Origin: Eledone cirrhosa
Lineage: Eukaryota
Assembly: GCA_964016885.1 (NCBI GenBank)
Contig: OZ024742.1
Coordinates: 179,242,001-179,306,000, forward strand
Length of the DNA stretch: 64,000 nucleotides
Reading direction: 5' to 3'
Part shown: piece after piece, positions 42,641-54,449 of the stretch
Numbering within the stretch: position 1 is the stretch's first letter
Layout: each line of letters starts with the position of its first letter
Translations under genes and position numbers: made by a program
Notes under the pieces: generated by a model
Database searches by the model: none
Seen by the model: only the letters and a program-made list of their open reading frames with translations
What the model was told of the DNA's origin: nothing

Positions 42641-42850
42641 AAGTAGTTCTACAACAGTTAGTTCCCCATACAGAGAACAAATGTTTCACCTAATGTAGAT
42701 CTTCAGCTCGGTCTAAGTGGAAGATCAAGCTGAAGATCCGCTTAAGGTGAAACATTTGTCTCGGTATGGTGAACTAACTGTTGTGGAACTACTTCTACCA
42801 AACTCGTCCCATGGACTGAGTGCTCTACTACTACGGATATACTCTCTATA
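42641..42850. mobile_element. Fold-back mini-element with two inverted hammerheads
   Basis: Arms about 42641-42708 and 42728-42794; CTGAAGA-TCC..GG-T-GAAA-CATTTG-T.; stem I ACCGAG/CTCGGT can be reconstructed from the two arms. Confidence 0.75.
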
Positions 42851-42856
42851 TATATA

Positions 42857-43071
42857 CAGTGGCGGACTGGGTGTGAAAGTATTGGTTGCCAGGAGATGAA
42901 GGGGTCCACCTACATATAGAATGCTATCATTTAATTTTTATAATGAATAAATAACATTTTTGAAAAATACATAAGTGGAAACAAAACCGTGCAATCAGAT
43001 TTTTGCGGAAAAATATCTTACCTTCTCCAATAAAAATATTATGTATTTTGCGAAATCCAGAGACTTTCAAT
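42857..43071 (+). mobile_element. Left end of a hAT-like DNA element (TIR CAGTGGCGGACTGG)
   Basis: Second left end at 46866-47083; matching right TIR CCAGTCCGCCACTG at 52134-52147. Confidence 0.7.
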
Positions 43072-43538
43072 AATGACCAGAAGTCGACTCTAAATATGAC
43101 TAATAGCTTTAAGAAAGCCATGAATGACACCACAACTTTTTAACTTTGATTTTGAAAGTAGGTTTATAATTATCAATTTTTAGTGTACTTTTGTAGCTGT
43201 CTCGGTGGCCTAGTTGGAGGAATCCTAGACGGTGGTGATCCTGGTCTGAAGTTCGATTCTGGTCGGGAGTAGGGTTCCCGGTAAACCTTTTCATTTTTTT
43301 TTCTATTCGTTGTAAAATAAAAACTGACAAAGGTTACATGTACGTCTTGACCAGGATTGAACCCAAGGTCAGGATCTCCACCGTCTCTTGTACCTACCGC
43401 TAGGTCAAAGAAACAATTACGAAGTTCTTATGAAAATTCATACTTATAAACCGACTTTCAACATTTTTAAAACGAAGTGATGTGTTCATGTCTTTCTTAA
43501 TGTTATTGCTCCTACTTAAGGTCGACTTCTAAATCATT
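43072..43538. mobile_element. Degenerate fold-back element with two convergent tRNA-like heads
   Basis: AGAAGTCGAC/GTCGACTTCT near the termini; tRNA-like 43204-43268 (+) and 43345-43408 (-). Confidence 0.65.
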
Positions 43539-44059
43539 TGGGTGTTCCATAAACTACACCCTCGTTTTGTTTCTCATCTATCTAGACTACATTTTAACCT
43601 GTAATCCATGTTTCATTTCTGTTCCACCCCATTTTCCCCTCCTCCTCTTTCTCTCTTTCTCTCTGTGATATTTGAATCTACTATGATTTGGGCTCACCTT
43701 ACTCCTATATATATGTTTTTGCATGTCAGTTAGATTCAAACTTACAATGATTGGCATTATATATATATATTGTTATACTTGGGGAGGGTCATTTTGTTGT
43801 AATAATATTGCCAGAAATAATAACAGAATACACTCATTGTTTGGTTGGTTTTCGCTTCTGTATCTTTTATATCTTCATAGATATTCGGTAATCAACGTTT
43901 ATCATTGATTGACCAACGGTTAAAAATACAGATAGCCTATCAAAGTTCTTTCGCTGCACATCTGCAACATCATCAGTGGTAGTATTATGTTTCCTCCTGT
44001 TGTATTGTATGTCTACTCCATTTTTATTATTTATTTACTTATTTATTTATATTGTTAGC

Positions 44060-45870
44060 AACTACAGGATCTCTTACTTCCTCTCGATGATTATACGCGC
44101 CATAATTAAGATGTCCCCAGATATATGTGAAAGCACAGAGGACCTCCTTAGCAGAATCAATGAATGCAAGAAGAACACAAACTTAACAAATGCATAATAG
44201 GCAGTATGGATGTAGTATTACTGTACCCATCCATTAACATTGATTTTGCTGTGGAAAAATGTGTGGAAATAATCAGTGAGAGCGAAGTAGAGTTCTGCGA
44301 TGTCGACACAGATGAACTGGGCCTCCTACTTAGACTTACTTATTACACTGAGTACCTAGATAACCATGACCTTACTTGTTTCTGCCCCAGTAGACCCATA
44401 AGAGGTAGGCCCCCCACCATGACCTCAATGGCTAAAAAGACCCCCATGGGAAGATGGAATAGATGGACCAAATCCATACAGACACCCCCAAAACAATGAT
44501 CAGGTGAGAAAAATGGTCGCAAATGCAATATAGGCTAGTATTAAAACTACCCTAAAGGGACATATGTTTAAATTTAACGAAAAGATCTACACCCAGGATG
44601 AGGGAGCAGCCATTGGCGTCAGCATAGCTGGTGATTTTGCTAATCTATTTATGGTATGGTGGGAGAGGAGACTCAGAAAACTCCTTGAAGAGAGCTCCAT
44701 AGACCTCGTCATGTACCCTCGTTACGTAGACAATATTAATATAGTAAGAAGAACACCCCAACCAGAGAGTACTAATAAACACGATTTAGAAAATAGCACA
44801 ATGGTGAGCATCCAGCAGATAGCTAACTCTATACACCAGAGTATAAATGTAACTGTTGTCTACCCTTCCAAACACCTTAACAATACACTACCAGTATTAG
44901 ACACAGAATTCTGGATTAACACTATATACGAGAGGGTCCAAATTCTGCACTCACACTATGCCAAACCCATGGCCTCAAAATACCTGATACTCAAAAACTC
45001 ACCATAGTCCAATAGTGCTAAGTTTAATATTCTGATCGCAGACTTGGTAAGAGTGATGAAGAATGTGTCCCGCATGTGCGACCTAACTGAAATGTAAAGA
45101 TACATCAAACACTTCATCAACCGCATGCAGTCTCTGGCTACAACCAAAGAGACAGAATTAGAGTATACAAAGGAGCCACGGAGAAATATAAGACCCTCAT
45201 AGAAATGGACATGAAAGGAATTTGCCCATTATACAGGAGCAAATCATGGAATAGCTTAGATAGGACTAAACATAAGATAGGGAAAGCCACTTCATGGTAC
45301 GACAACCAGAGATACCAGAGGGTCATGTTCGTGGATGCTACCCCCGGAGGTAAATTAACTAACCGATGTAGAAAGGCCCTAAGAAGACCCATTTAAAGAT
45401 TAAAGTGGTAGAAAAGCCAGGAACTACCATAAAATCCCTGATGAGCAAAACATACCCCTTTAAGAAAACCCACTGTACTAATAAGACATGTGTTATATGT
45501 AAAATGAACCCCCAGATAAACTGTAAAACTAGAAATGCAGTCTATAGCATAAGATGTACAGAGGGTTCTTGCAGAAACATGACTACGACATACATAGGTG
45601 AGACAGTTTGAAGCATAGGAGAAAAAATAGGCCAACACTGGGGGGAACTAAAAGGACAAAAAAAAAATGGTTCAGTACTATACGAACACACGAGACAAAG
45701 ACATGACGGTAATATAGACAAAAAGGAATTAAAATATCTAAACATAGAAATGACTCAACAGGTAGGCAATTAAGAGAACGAACTGAGATAGAGCTAAGAA
45801 GACCAGAGTTAAACAGAAAAAATGAATGGAATAACAACAACCATAACCAAACAAACAATACTGACTTAAG
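44060..45870 (+). pseudogene. PLE RT-GIY-YIG ORF, multiply disrupted
   Basis: Pieces at 44164-44499, 44564-45007, 45205-45396 and 45405-45611. Confidence 0.88.
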
Positions 45871-46123
45871 GAAAATATAAATAAATAAATAAATAAATAT
45901 ATACACAAGTACAATAACAACAAACACATATAAACACACACTAGTAAACAAAGATAGAATACAAAAACAAAAACACATACACTCAAACGCGAACACACAC
46001 AGCAAACATTATGCACACACGCAAACGCATGCGCTGGGACGGAAACAAGAAGACAAATAAATAAATAAATAAATTAAACAAAAATGGCGTAGACATACAA
46101 TACAACAGGAGAAAACATAATAG

Positions 46124-46168
46124 TACCACTGATGATGTTGCAGATGTGCAACGAAAGAACTTTGTTAG
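46124..46168 (+). ncRNA. Minimal type I hammerhead in the pLTR (inverted twin at 43937-43982)
   Basis: TACCA-CTGATGA-T-GTTGCA-GATG-TGCAAC-GAAA-GAAC-TT-TG(T/A)TAG. Confidence 0.75.
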
Positions 46169-46412
46169 ACTACATATATACATTTATATCTGCATTTTAA
46201 CCGTTGGTCAATCAATGATAAACATTGATTGCCAAATAAATTAACTATGGAGATATAAAAGATACAGAAGCGAAAACCAACCAAACAGTGAGTGTGTTCT
46301 GTTATTATTTCTGGCAATATTATTACAACAATATGACCCTCCCCAGGTATAACAATATTTGTTTCGACACACGATTTCATATCAAAAACCTTGAAAAAAA
46401 CACACACACACA

Positions 46413-46448
<36 letters not shown>

Positions 46449-46709
46449 TATGGACACACTAGAAGAGGAAGACCAAGGTTAACATATGTTGATGCCCTAA
46501 GGACAGACACTGGTCTGTTGGAGATGCAGGATATGGCAGCGATAATGAGGGACAGAGACCGCTGGAGAGAACTCGTCCATGGATCTCGGGAATTTTACCC
46601 GCCTTAGACAGATAGATATATATAAGGGATAACAAAATATCGTTATAGGTAATTCAGTTAGAGGTTGTGAATACTTCTTATTATGGATAGTTTTAACGTA
46701 CAGGAAGTT

Positions 46710-46779
<70 letters not shown>

Positions 46780-46812
46780 TATTACCTTTTACATATATAT
46801 ATATATATAAAT

Positions 46813-46863
<51 letters not shown>

Positions 46864-46865
46864 TT

Positions 46866-47083
46866 CAGTGGTAGACTAGGTCTAAGAATATTGGTTGCCA
46901 GATGAAGGGGGCACACCTACATATACAATGCTATCATTTAATTTTTATAATGAATAAATAACATTTTCAAAAAATGCATAATTGGGAACAAAACAGTGCA
47001 ATCAAATTTTTGCGGAAAAACATCTTACCTTCTCCAATAAAATTAATATGTATTTTGCGAAATCCAGAGACTTTCAATAATAA
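46866..47083 (+). mobile_element. Second left end of the hAT-like element
   Basis: Colinear with 42857-43071. Confidence 0.7.
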
Positions 47084-47110
47084 CGTTTGATCTTTCACAC
47101 TCAATCAATA

Positions 47111-47165
<55 letters not shown>

Positions 47166-47180
47166 CTGTCTATATATATA

Positions 47181-47212
<32 letters not shown>

Positions 47213-47296
47213 CACAACCTTTACCACTAATTGATTTGACAGATGTCTTTAACCCATTGATACGAAATATTATTTGGTCAGTAGTTTGTGTGTAAG

Positions 47297-47349
<53 letters not shown>

Positions 47350-47433
47350 AAAAGGTAAACAGAAATAACAACACAATCGGTACAGTATATGGAAGGGATA
47401 TATTAGGTTAACATTGATATAGGAGGAAGAGGG

Positions 47434-47469
47434 TCTTAACGTTTCGGATGCTAGTCCTTCATCAGAAGA
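47434..47469 (-). ncRNA. Minimal hammerhead in the 3' pLTR
   Basis: TCTT-CTGATGA-A-GGA-CTAGCA-TCC-GAAA-CG-TT-AAGA; palindromic AACGTT replaces stem III. Confidence 0.8.
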
Positions 47470-47699
47470 AAGAATGAGAAATAAGATAGATTGAGGAGAC
47501 GGGCGGGTTGGAATTTGAAAAAATGTCTTTAGATAAAATAACAGGTCCATTCATGTTGACATCTCTTGCAAAACTGTTGGTGCTGGCGTTTTGTGTATGA
47601 TTTATTCTTTTAGAAAAGTGGATGATGGAACGCGTCTACCTGAAATGGAAAAAAAAAAACCGTTTTGTAAAAAGAGCTATACTTGTGCACGTGCGTAAG

Positions 47700-47785
<86 letters not shown>

Positions 47786-48049
47786 TGTTATTATACGTCT
47801 GTACGAAGATAAGAAGAAATGTGTGTGTATATGTGAGTAAAAGAGTGTGTGTGCATGTAAGTCCGAAGCTACGAGCAAAAGTATGTTGATATAAGGGTGT
47901 GTATGTGTGTATACAGAGCAGTGAAGTGAAAAGTGGAGTGAGCATATATAGTCGGCCTGTATTAGTTGTAAGAGAAGATGTTAATGATCAAGAGAAAGCG
48001 ATAGGAATCTAGGGGTGTGATAATGGTTGGGGTTTTAGAGAAATTGGGG

Positions 48050-50960
48050 ATGTGAGTTGAGTCCAAGAGGGGAGTAGGACCCAAGGCGGTGAATCAGACT
48101 TTGTTCAGTCCTGGTGCGCAAGGCCTGTCATCCCTGATGTTAAAGGACTGAAACATGTAGGGAAGAATGACTACGAGAACAGAAATGACGGGCGACAGGA
48201 GTATCCAAACCGAGTCGTATGTCCCTCAAATCCTCAGCAAAACTGTTCGCCATACGGCTGCCCGTTTGTCCTATAAATAAAGACCCGCAAAGGGAACACC
48301 GGAGGGCATAGATAACGCGAGTGGATGTGCAGGTGAACGAGTGGCGGATACAGAAAGACCCGTTAGGTCTTGTAAGAGTGGTGAGGGTGGAAATGAAGGG
48401 ACAAGTGTTGCAGCGGGAACAGGAACAAGGATGAGAGCTGGGCGGAGTCATGGGAGACGACGAGAAGGAACTGCTAACCAGGAGGTCGCGGAGGTTGTGG
48501 GCGCGCTTAAAAGCAGTAATGGGTGGGTTTGAAAAAAAGCGAGAAGTGACGGGGTCAGAAGAGACGATGAGGAAGGAACGTAAGATATGTCGCCGGAGTG
48601 TTAGGGTGATGGGGGTGGTAGGTGAGAGGGAAAGGAACGTGGGTGCTTGGTGGGCGGTTGTGAGGTGAGAGGGCTGTGGTGCGGTCTGTTTCACGGGCGC
48701 GGGTCAGAGCAGATTGGATCAGGATGGGAGGAGGGGGGATATCCACGCTGGATGAAGCAGTAAGCCATACGAAGGGAATGGGTTTCGAAATCATCGTCCT
48801 GGCTACAGAGCCGACGAAGACGGAGGAATTGAGAATAGGGTATGGAGTGTGTGGTGTGGGTTGTATGGGAGGAAGTGAAGTCGAAGTAAGATTGGGAGTC
48901 TGTTGGTTTAATGAAGATGGAAGTAGAGAGGGTGTGGTGGGAGTGATTAATAGATATCTAGTAAAGCGACAGAAGAATCGGAGATGGAGGCGGTAAAATT
49001 GAGAGCAGGATGGAAAGATAGGACAAAAGAAAGAAAGCAATCGAACTGTTCTCGTGATAGAGAGGGGCGCCGATACAGTCGTCGGTATAACGACCGTATT
49101 GCTCAGGAGTCAGTCCAGCGTACTGGGAGAAGATCTGGGCTTCGACGTAGGCAACAAAGAAGTTAGCATAGTTTGGACCCATTCTGGTTCCCCTCGCTAC
49201 CCCAGAGACCTGCTGATAACATTCACCCGAAAAAGAAAAGCCATTGAGGGTGGGAACAAGCTCAGCCAGACGGAGAAGAGTGGTAGTGCTGGGGTAAGGA
49301 GTAGGGCGTAAATCTAAAAATTGCCGGAGAGCGCGGAGGCCGTCATCATGAGGGATGACGGTATAGAGAGAAGTGATGTCCAGGGTAAAGAGAAAGCGAG
49401 AGGGACCAGGAGGGAAGAAGAAGGAGTTGAAGAGTCTAAGCGCATGATTTGTATCGTAGATTTCGGAGGGGAGATTGCCGACCAACGGGACGAGGATGCT
49501 GTCTAAATATTCAGAAATTATCTCGGTAGGGCAGTTGCACGCAGAAACGATAGGAGGGCCGGGATTATTTTGTTTGTATATTTTGGGGAGGAAGTACATG
49601 GTGGGTGTGCGAGGGGTGTGTACAATAAGGTTGGTGGCTGTGGGGGGTAGGAGAGAAGAGGGATGGTGGAGGACACGAGTTGTTGATAACAGGAGTGGGG
49701 TCGGAGGATAAAGGGCGGTAAAAAAGTGTACTGTGAAGCTGGCGGAGAGCCTCAGCTCTATAGAGGTCAGCGCCCCATACCAACACAGCGCCACCTTTGT
49801 CAGCGGGGTTGATGACAATGTTATCACGACGCCGAAGGTTGCGAAGAGCGGAGAGCTCAGTCCGCGTGATGTTAGAGTGACGAGAATGCTGGTGGAAACG
49901 GAACCGATTGACAGTACGCCGGCAAGTATCGACAAAGGAGTCGAGGGTGCTGAACTGGCCAGAGCTCGGCGTCCAATGTGATTGCCGGCGACTGAGACGA
50001 GTGAAGTCATGCGTCTGTGTTGATGGCGTGTCGTGAAGAAAATCTTTCAGCTTTAATCGACGGAAGAACCCTTCAATATCGACACGTGTGCGGAACTCGT
50101 CACAGGTGGTTGTGGTTGGTATAAAACGCAAACCACAGGCGAGGCGGGAGCGTTCAGCTTCGGAGAGTGGTAGGGGTATGGTGACTACAGTGCAGGGATG
50201 TGGGGGGAGTGAAAGAGGCGGAGGCGGAGGAGTTAAGGATGTTGGGAAAAGTGTGTGCATATTCAGTGGTGGGGAGAGGAAAGGGGTGGTTGGAGTCGGG
50301 ATAGAGGGGTTAGGGTTGGAGGTGATATGAGTATGGGTGGTGACGGCAGACTGGGAGCGGAGAGAGTCTAGTTCTTTTGTTTTTATGGAAGTGAGGAAAT
50401 TGAAAAGGATGCGACTGAGGTAAAGGTAGAATTAGATAAGGGATTGGGCGAGGAAAGGGTGGCAAGTGGAGGAGATATGGAGGTAGGACTTGGAGAGATT
50501 TCGACCGAGAGAACGGATTTGGGCGAGAGTTGATCGAATAGTCGCCCGCATGAGCTGGTAAGAATGGGCTCAGTGGCGGGAGAAGAGTAAGAGGTGGAGT
50601 GAATCTTGAGGCGGAAACCGCGAGGAATGAGGTGGTGGTGGTGGAGACAGCGACTTAAAAATGTGATGATGTGACTATTCTATCGTGTTTTGGGGGGGAA
50701 ATGAGGTTGGAGAGATGCAGGAGGATTGGATGTATATAGAGGGGGGGGGGGGAGACGTTGGAGGAAGCGCTTGAGAGTTGAATGGAGCTGGCGGAGAAAA
50801 GATTTAAGATTGGGTATTTTGAAGGTACAAGGGTGGGAGTGAAAAATAGACGGTTGAGAAGAAGGTGGTGTAAGAAGATTGTAGTAGAGGAAAAGTGGTA
50901 GAGAGTCGTGGAATATTTAAATGCAAGAAACAAAGAAAATTTCAATGATACGAATGATTT
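48050..50960 (-). pseudogene. PLE RT-GIY-YIG ORF, frameshifted
   Basis: Pieces at 49565-50260, 48958-50010 and 48140-48694. Confidence 0.88.
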
Positions 50961-51059
50961 CCTGGTGGAAGTTCAGGTGAACTCCGGGCAGGTATCCAGT
51001 TCGGGGTGAAAATCCAATTAGAAAATCCAACGAATATTGAGAGGTCCACGTAAGCGTTG

Positions 51060-51178
<119 letters not shown>

Positions 51179-51262
51179 AAAGGTAAACAGAAATAACAAC
51201 ACAATCGGTACAGTATATGGACGGGATATATTAGGTTAACACTTGATATAGCAGGAAGAGGG

Positions 51263-51298
51263 TCTTAACGTTTCGGAAGCTAGTCCTTCATCAGAAAA
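51263..51298 (-). ncRNA. Minimal hammerhead in the 5' pLTR
   Basis: Same motif as 47434-47469. Confidence 0.78.
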
Positions 51299-51999
51299 AA
51301 GAATGAGAAATAAGATAGATTGAGGAGACGGGCGGGTTGGAATTGGAAAAAATGTCTTTAGATAAAAATAACAGGTCCATTCATGTTGACATCTCTTGCA
51401 AAACTGTTGGAGCTGGCGTTTTGTGTATGATTTATTTTTTTTAGAAAAGTGGATGATGGAACGCGTCTACCTGAAATGGGAAAAAAAACCGTTTTGTAAA
51501 AAGAGCTATACTTGTGCACGTGCGTAAGCATGTGTGTGTGTGTGTATGTGCGTGTTATTATACGTTCGTACGAAGCTAAGAAGAAAGGTGTGTGTATATG
51601 TGAGTAAAAGTGTGTGTGCATGTAAGTACGAAGCTATGAGCAAAAGTATGTTAATATAAGGGTGTATATGTGTGTATACAGAGCAGTGAAGGGAAAAGTG
51701 GAGTGAGCATATATAGTCGGCCTGTATTAGTTGTAAGAGAAGATGTTAATGATCAAGGGAAAGCGATAGGTCTAGGGGTGTGATAATGGACGGGGTATTA
51801 GAGAATTTGCGGAGGTGAGTTGATATGCTTGTGTCTGTGTCTATATATGTATGTTTGCATGAATGAATACACTACGCTTTAGATTTAGTAGAATGTACAA
51901 TCACTGATTCCAGCTATTTGCACTATCATATATTTTGGTTTCTAGTTATTCCCTGGGGAATTGGTTGCCAAATGCTTTGCTTAATTGTTTTATTTCTTT

Positions 52000-52147
52000 T
52001 TTTTTTTAATGTTATTTATTCTTTCTCTTAGATTTCAGGTATTTTTCGAAAGCAAATTTTTTGAAAGCCCCTAAAATACTTCAGTGGTTCCTGCCATGCT
52101 GCTGTAGGCTCCCTGGGAAACTTGGCAACCTGGCCAGTCCGCCACTG
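52000..52147 (+). mobile_element. Right end of the hAT-like element
   Basis: Terminal CCAGTCCGCCACTG is the exact reverse complement of 42857-42870; left boundary uncertain. Confidence 0.65.
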
Positions 52148-52149
52148 TA

Positions 52150-52183
<34 letters not shown>

Positions 52184-52231
52184 TATATATACACTCACAC
52201 ACACATATATATATATATGTGTATATTTATT

Positions 52232-52281
<50 letters not shown>

Positions 52282-53368
52282 CGTATATAAATATTTAAGT
52301 ATATATATATATATATACATATGTTTTGTAATCCCATCTGTATAGCACGTGTTTATCGTATGTATGGGGCCATGGTGTCAATGACGGAAGCATTATTGTT
52401 ATTATAAATCATATGTATGTATGAATTATCATCATGTATGTATGTATGTATGCATGTATGTACAGAGACATGGGAATACTCAGTTTGCTGCTCAAGCGCG
52501 CGGTTAGACGTCGGGAGCGAGAAACCCCTAGTTATTGTTAAGATATTCTAGGAGAAGGAAAACTCTGATGTAAAACCTGCGACTCGATAACTGTCACCGT
52601 TGTTCAGAGAGTGGGATTGGTCTAGTGCAAGACCTTTATTCACTTAAAGAACCTTCAAGCACAGTTACGACTGATCAAAACAACGTTTACGTGTATTGAG
52701 AGAGCATGACCATTTTTCTTTTTCTTTTGTTGCAGCATATACAGAAAGAGCATTTAAGTCATTGGTAGGGCTTTCCTGCCACCCATGCAGGAGTAAAAGG
52801 TTAAGGGATGGCAATTTTCTAAACCGAGAAGCAGCCAATGTATGTATGTTCTTCTGGTTTTATAATTTCACTAATTTTTGCCAATAGAGAGAGTCGGTCT
52901 CTAACATAGATAGAAGACTCTCTCATTGGAATTTATACAACATCAGCTAGGTAGATATGTATGCATGTCAGCATGCATGTGTAGGTATGGATGTTGTTGT
53001 ATGTGTGCATGTGTATGTGTGCATGTGCATATGCATTGTATCTGCACAAGTGCATATGCAGTTACTACAACCAGAATTTTTGGAATGTTTTACATATTTT
53101 TACTGTTCCATTAATGGATTTTCCATTAATGGAATTTCATTAATGGAATTTCATTAATGGAATTTCCTAACTACAAGTGTTATGTATGTATGTATGTTTT
53201 CTCTTTCTCTTAATTTCGAGTATATTTTTTTTGACCGGCCACCTTCCTGTATGTATGTATGTATGTATGTATGTATGTATGTATGTATGTATGTATGTAT
53301 GTATGTATGTGTATGTATGTCAGGTCACCAGTTGGTGCTACTGGTAACATGTATCCCAGTACAACCTG

Positions 53369-53920
53369 TCTCATAGACGGGTCGTTGGCGACTAAACTGG
53401 CATCCCACCAAGGTTTCTTGGGTGACTATGGACATCCTGCAGGACTAAAAACAAAACCTGTCAAAGGGCAAAGGAGCTCTTAAGAGTCAATGGCCATCCA
53501 AAATCACCGGGAGAGATGACCACTTAGCCTTTGTCAAGGCAGAATTCTAGGAGAAGGAAAACTGTGATATATCACCTGCAACCCTGATGGTATCCAATGA
53601 TGTTGACTTGTTCTTCTTTTTGGTAAATATCATCTTGGTTAAGAGAGTGGGACTGGCTTTGTGCAGTGCCTTTGCTCACTATAAAAGCTTCACGGCACAG
53701 GCATTGCTTTATATCTGGAGATCTCTCTGCATTTGTCGTCACATGGTACCATGGGCCCAGCACTATGTGTCAATAATTGTCACAAGTGTAGTGTTTGTAC
53801 CAGAGTTTTCAAGTCGCTGGCTGGACTAAAAAGTCACACTCGTTCAGCGCATCGGTAGGGGTTCTCCTACATGAATATAAAGTAGTGGCCGTACTCGAAA
53901 ACGAGTTGGCAGCCACCATG
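53369..53920 (+). repeat. Non-coding ~560-bp interspersed repeat with (TATG)n tail
   Basis: Reverse complement of 28198-28760. Confidence 0.9.
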
Positions 53921-53983
53921 TATGTATGTGTGTGTGTATGTATCTATGTATGCATGTATGTAACCATGTATGTACTACGACTG

Positions 53984-54022
<39 letters not shown>

Positions 54023-54449
54023 ACTTTTCCTTGCAAAAAATGAATCTGCTGCCAATTGTTCTGCATTTCCTGTACAATAGTGATGCTGGCTGGGGAGTGA
54101 CATTTGACACGGAGAAATGGAAAAAGATGAGTGTTGCCGTACATGGGAGCATGTACGGCAACAATCATCTTTTTCCATTTCTCTGAGCGTTATAAAACCC
54201 CACTATCAGGCTAGAAATTTCTTTAGTCTAAAATACGGTGAAAGCTTATAATTTCTAATTTCTAATATATATATATATGAATAACAGAGTTTTGTAGCCT
54301 GCTTGAAGCATTGTTAAATAGGAAACACAAATTTAAATAATTTTCAAAACCAAACAATGCATTAGAAAGAAAATTAAATCACTAAGATAACAATAGAATC
54401 TTACATTAGCAAATTTAATGATCCCAAATATTTAAAAACCCATTATCAA

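Larger units (their letters stand above)
43766..46338 (+). mobile_element. Penelope-like element, 5'-truncated, with inverted 5' pLTR (43766-44050) and 3' pLTR (about 46060-46338)
   Basis: RT (SMDVVLLYPSI, GAAIG, RYVDN, LPVLD), CxxxxCxxC linker, GIY-YIG (AVYSIRC...YIGET); the termini are reverse complements. Confidence 0.92.

Noticed and set aside
44060-45870. Selenocysteine-recoded PLE ORF
   Set aside because: The stops seen are not TGA at Cys positions and come with frameshifts, which indicates ordinary decay.
53107-53167. Four tandem palindromic TCCATTAATGGA-type units as binding sites
   Set aside because: Most simply explained by local slippage; no supporting context.
53379-53570. HDV-like ribozyme at the 5' end of the 560-bp repeat
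   Set aside because: A P1-like pairing exists, but I could not find the P1.1/P4/J4-2/P2 order required.
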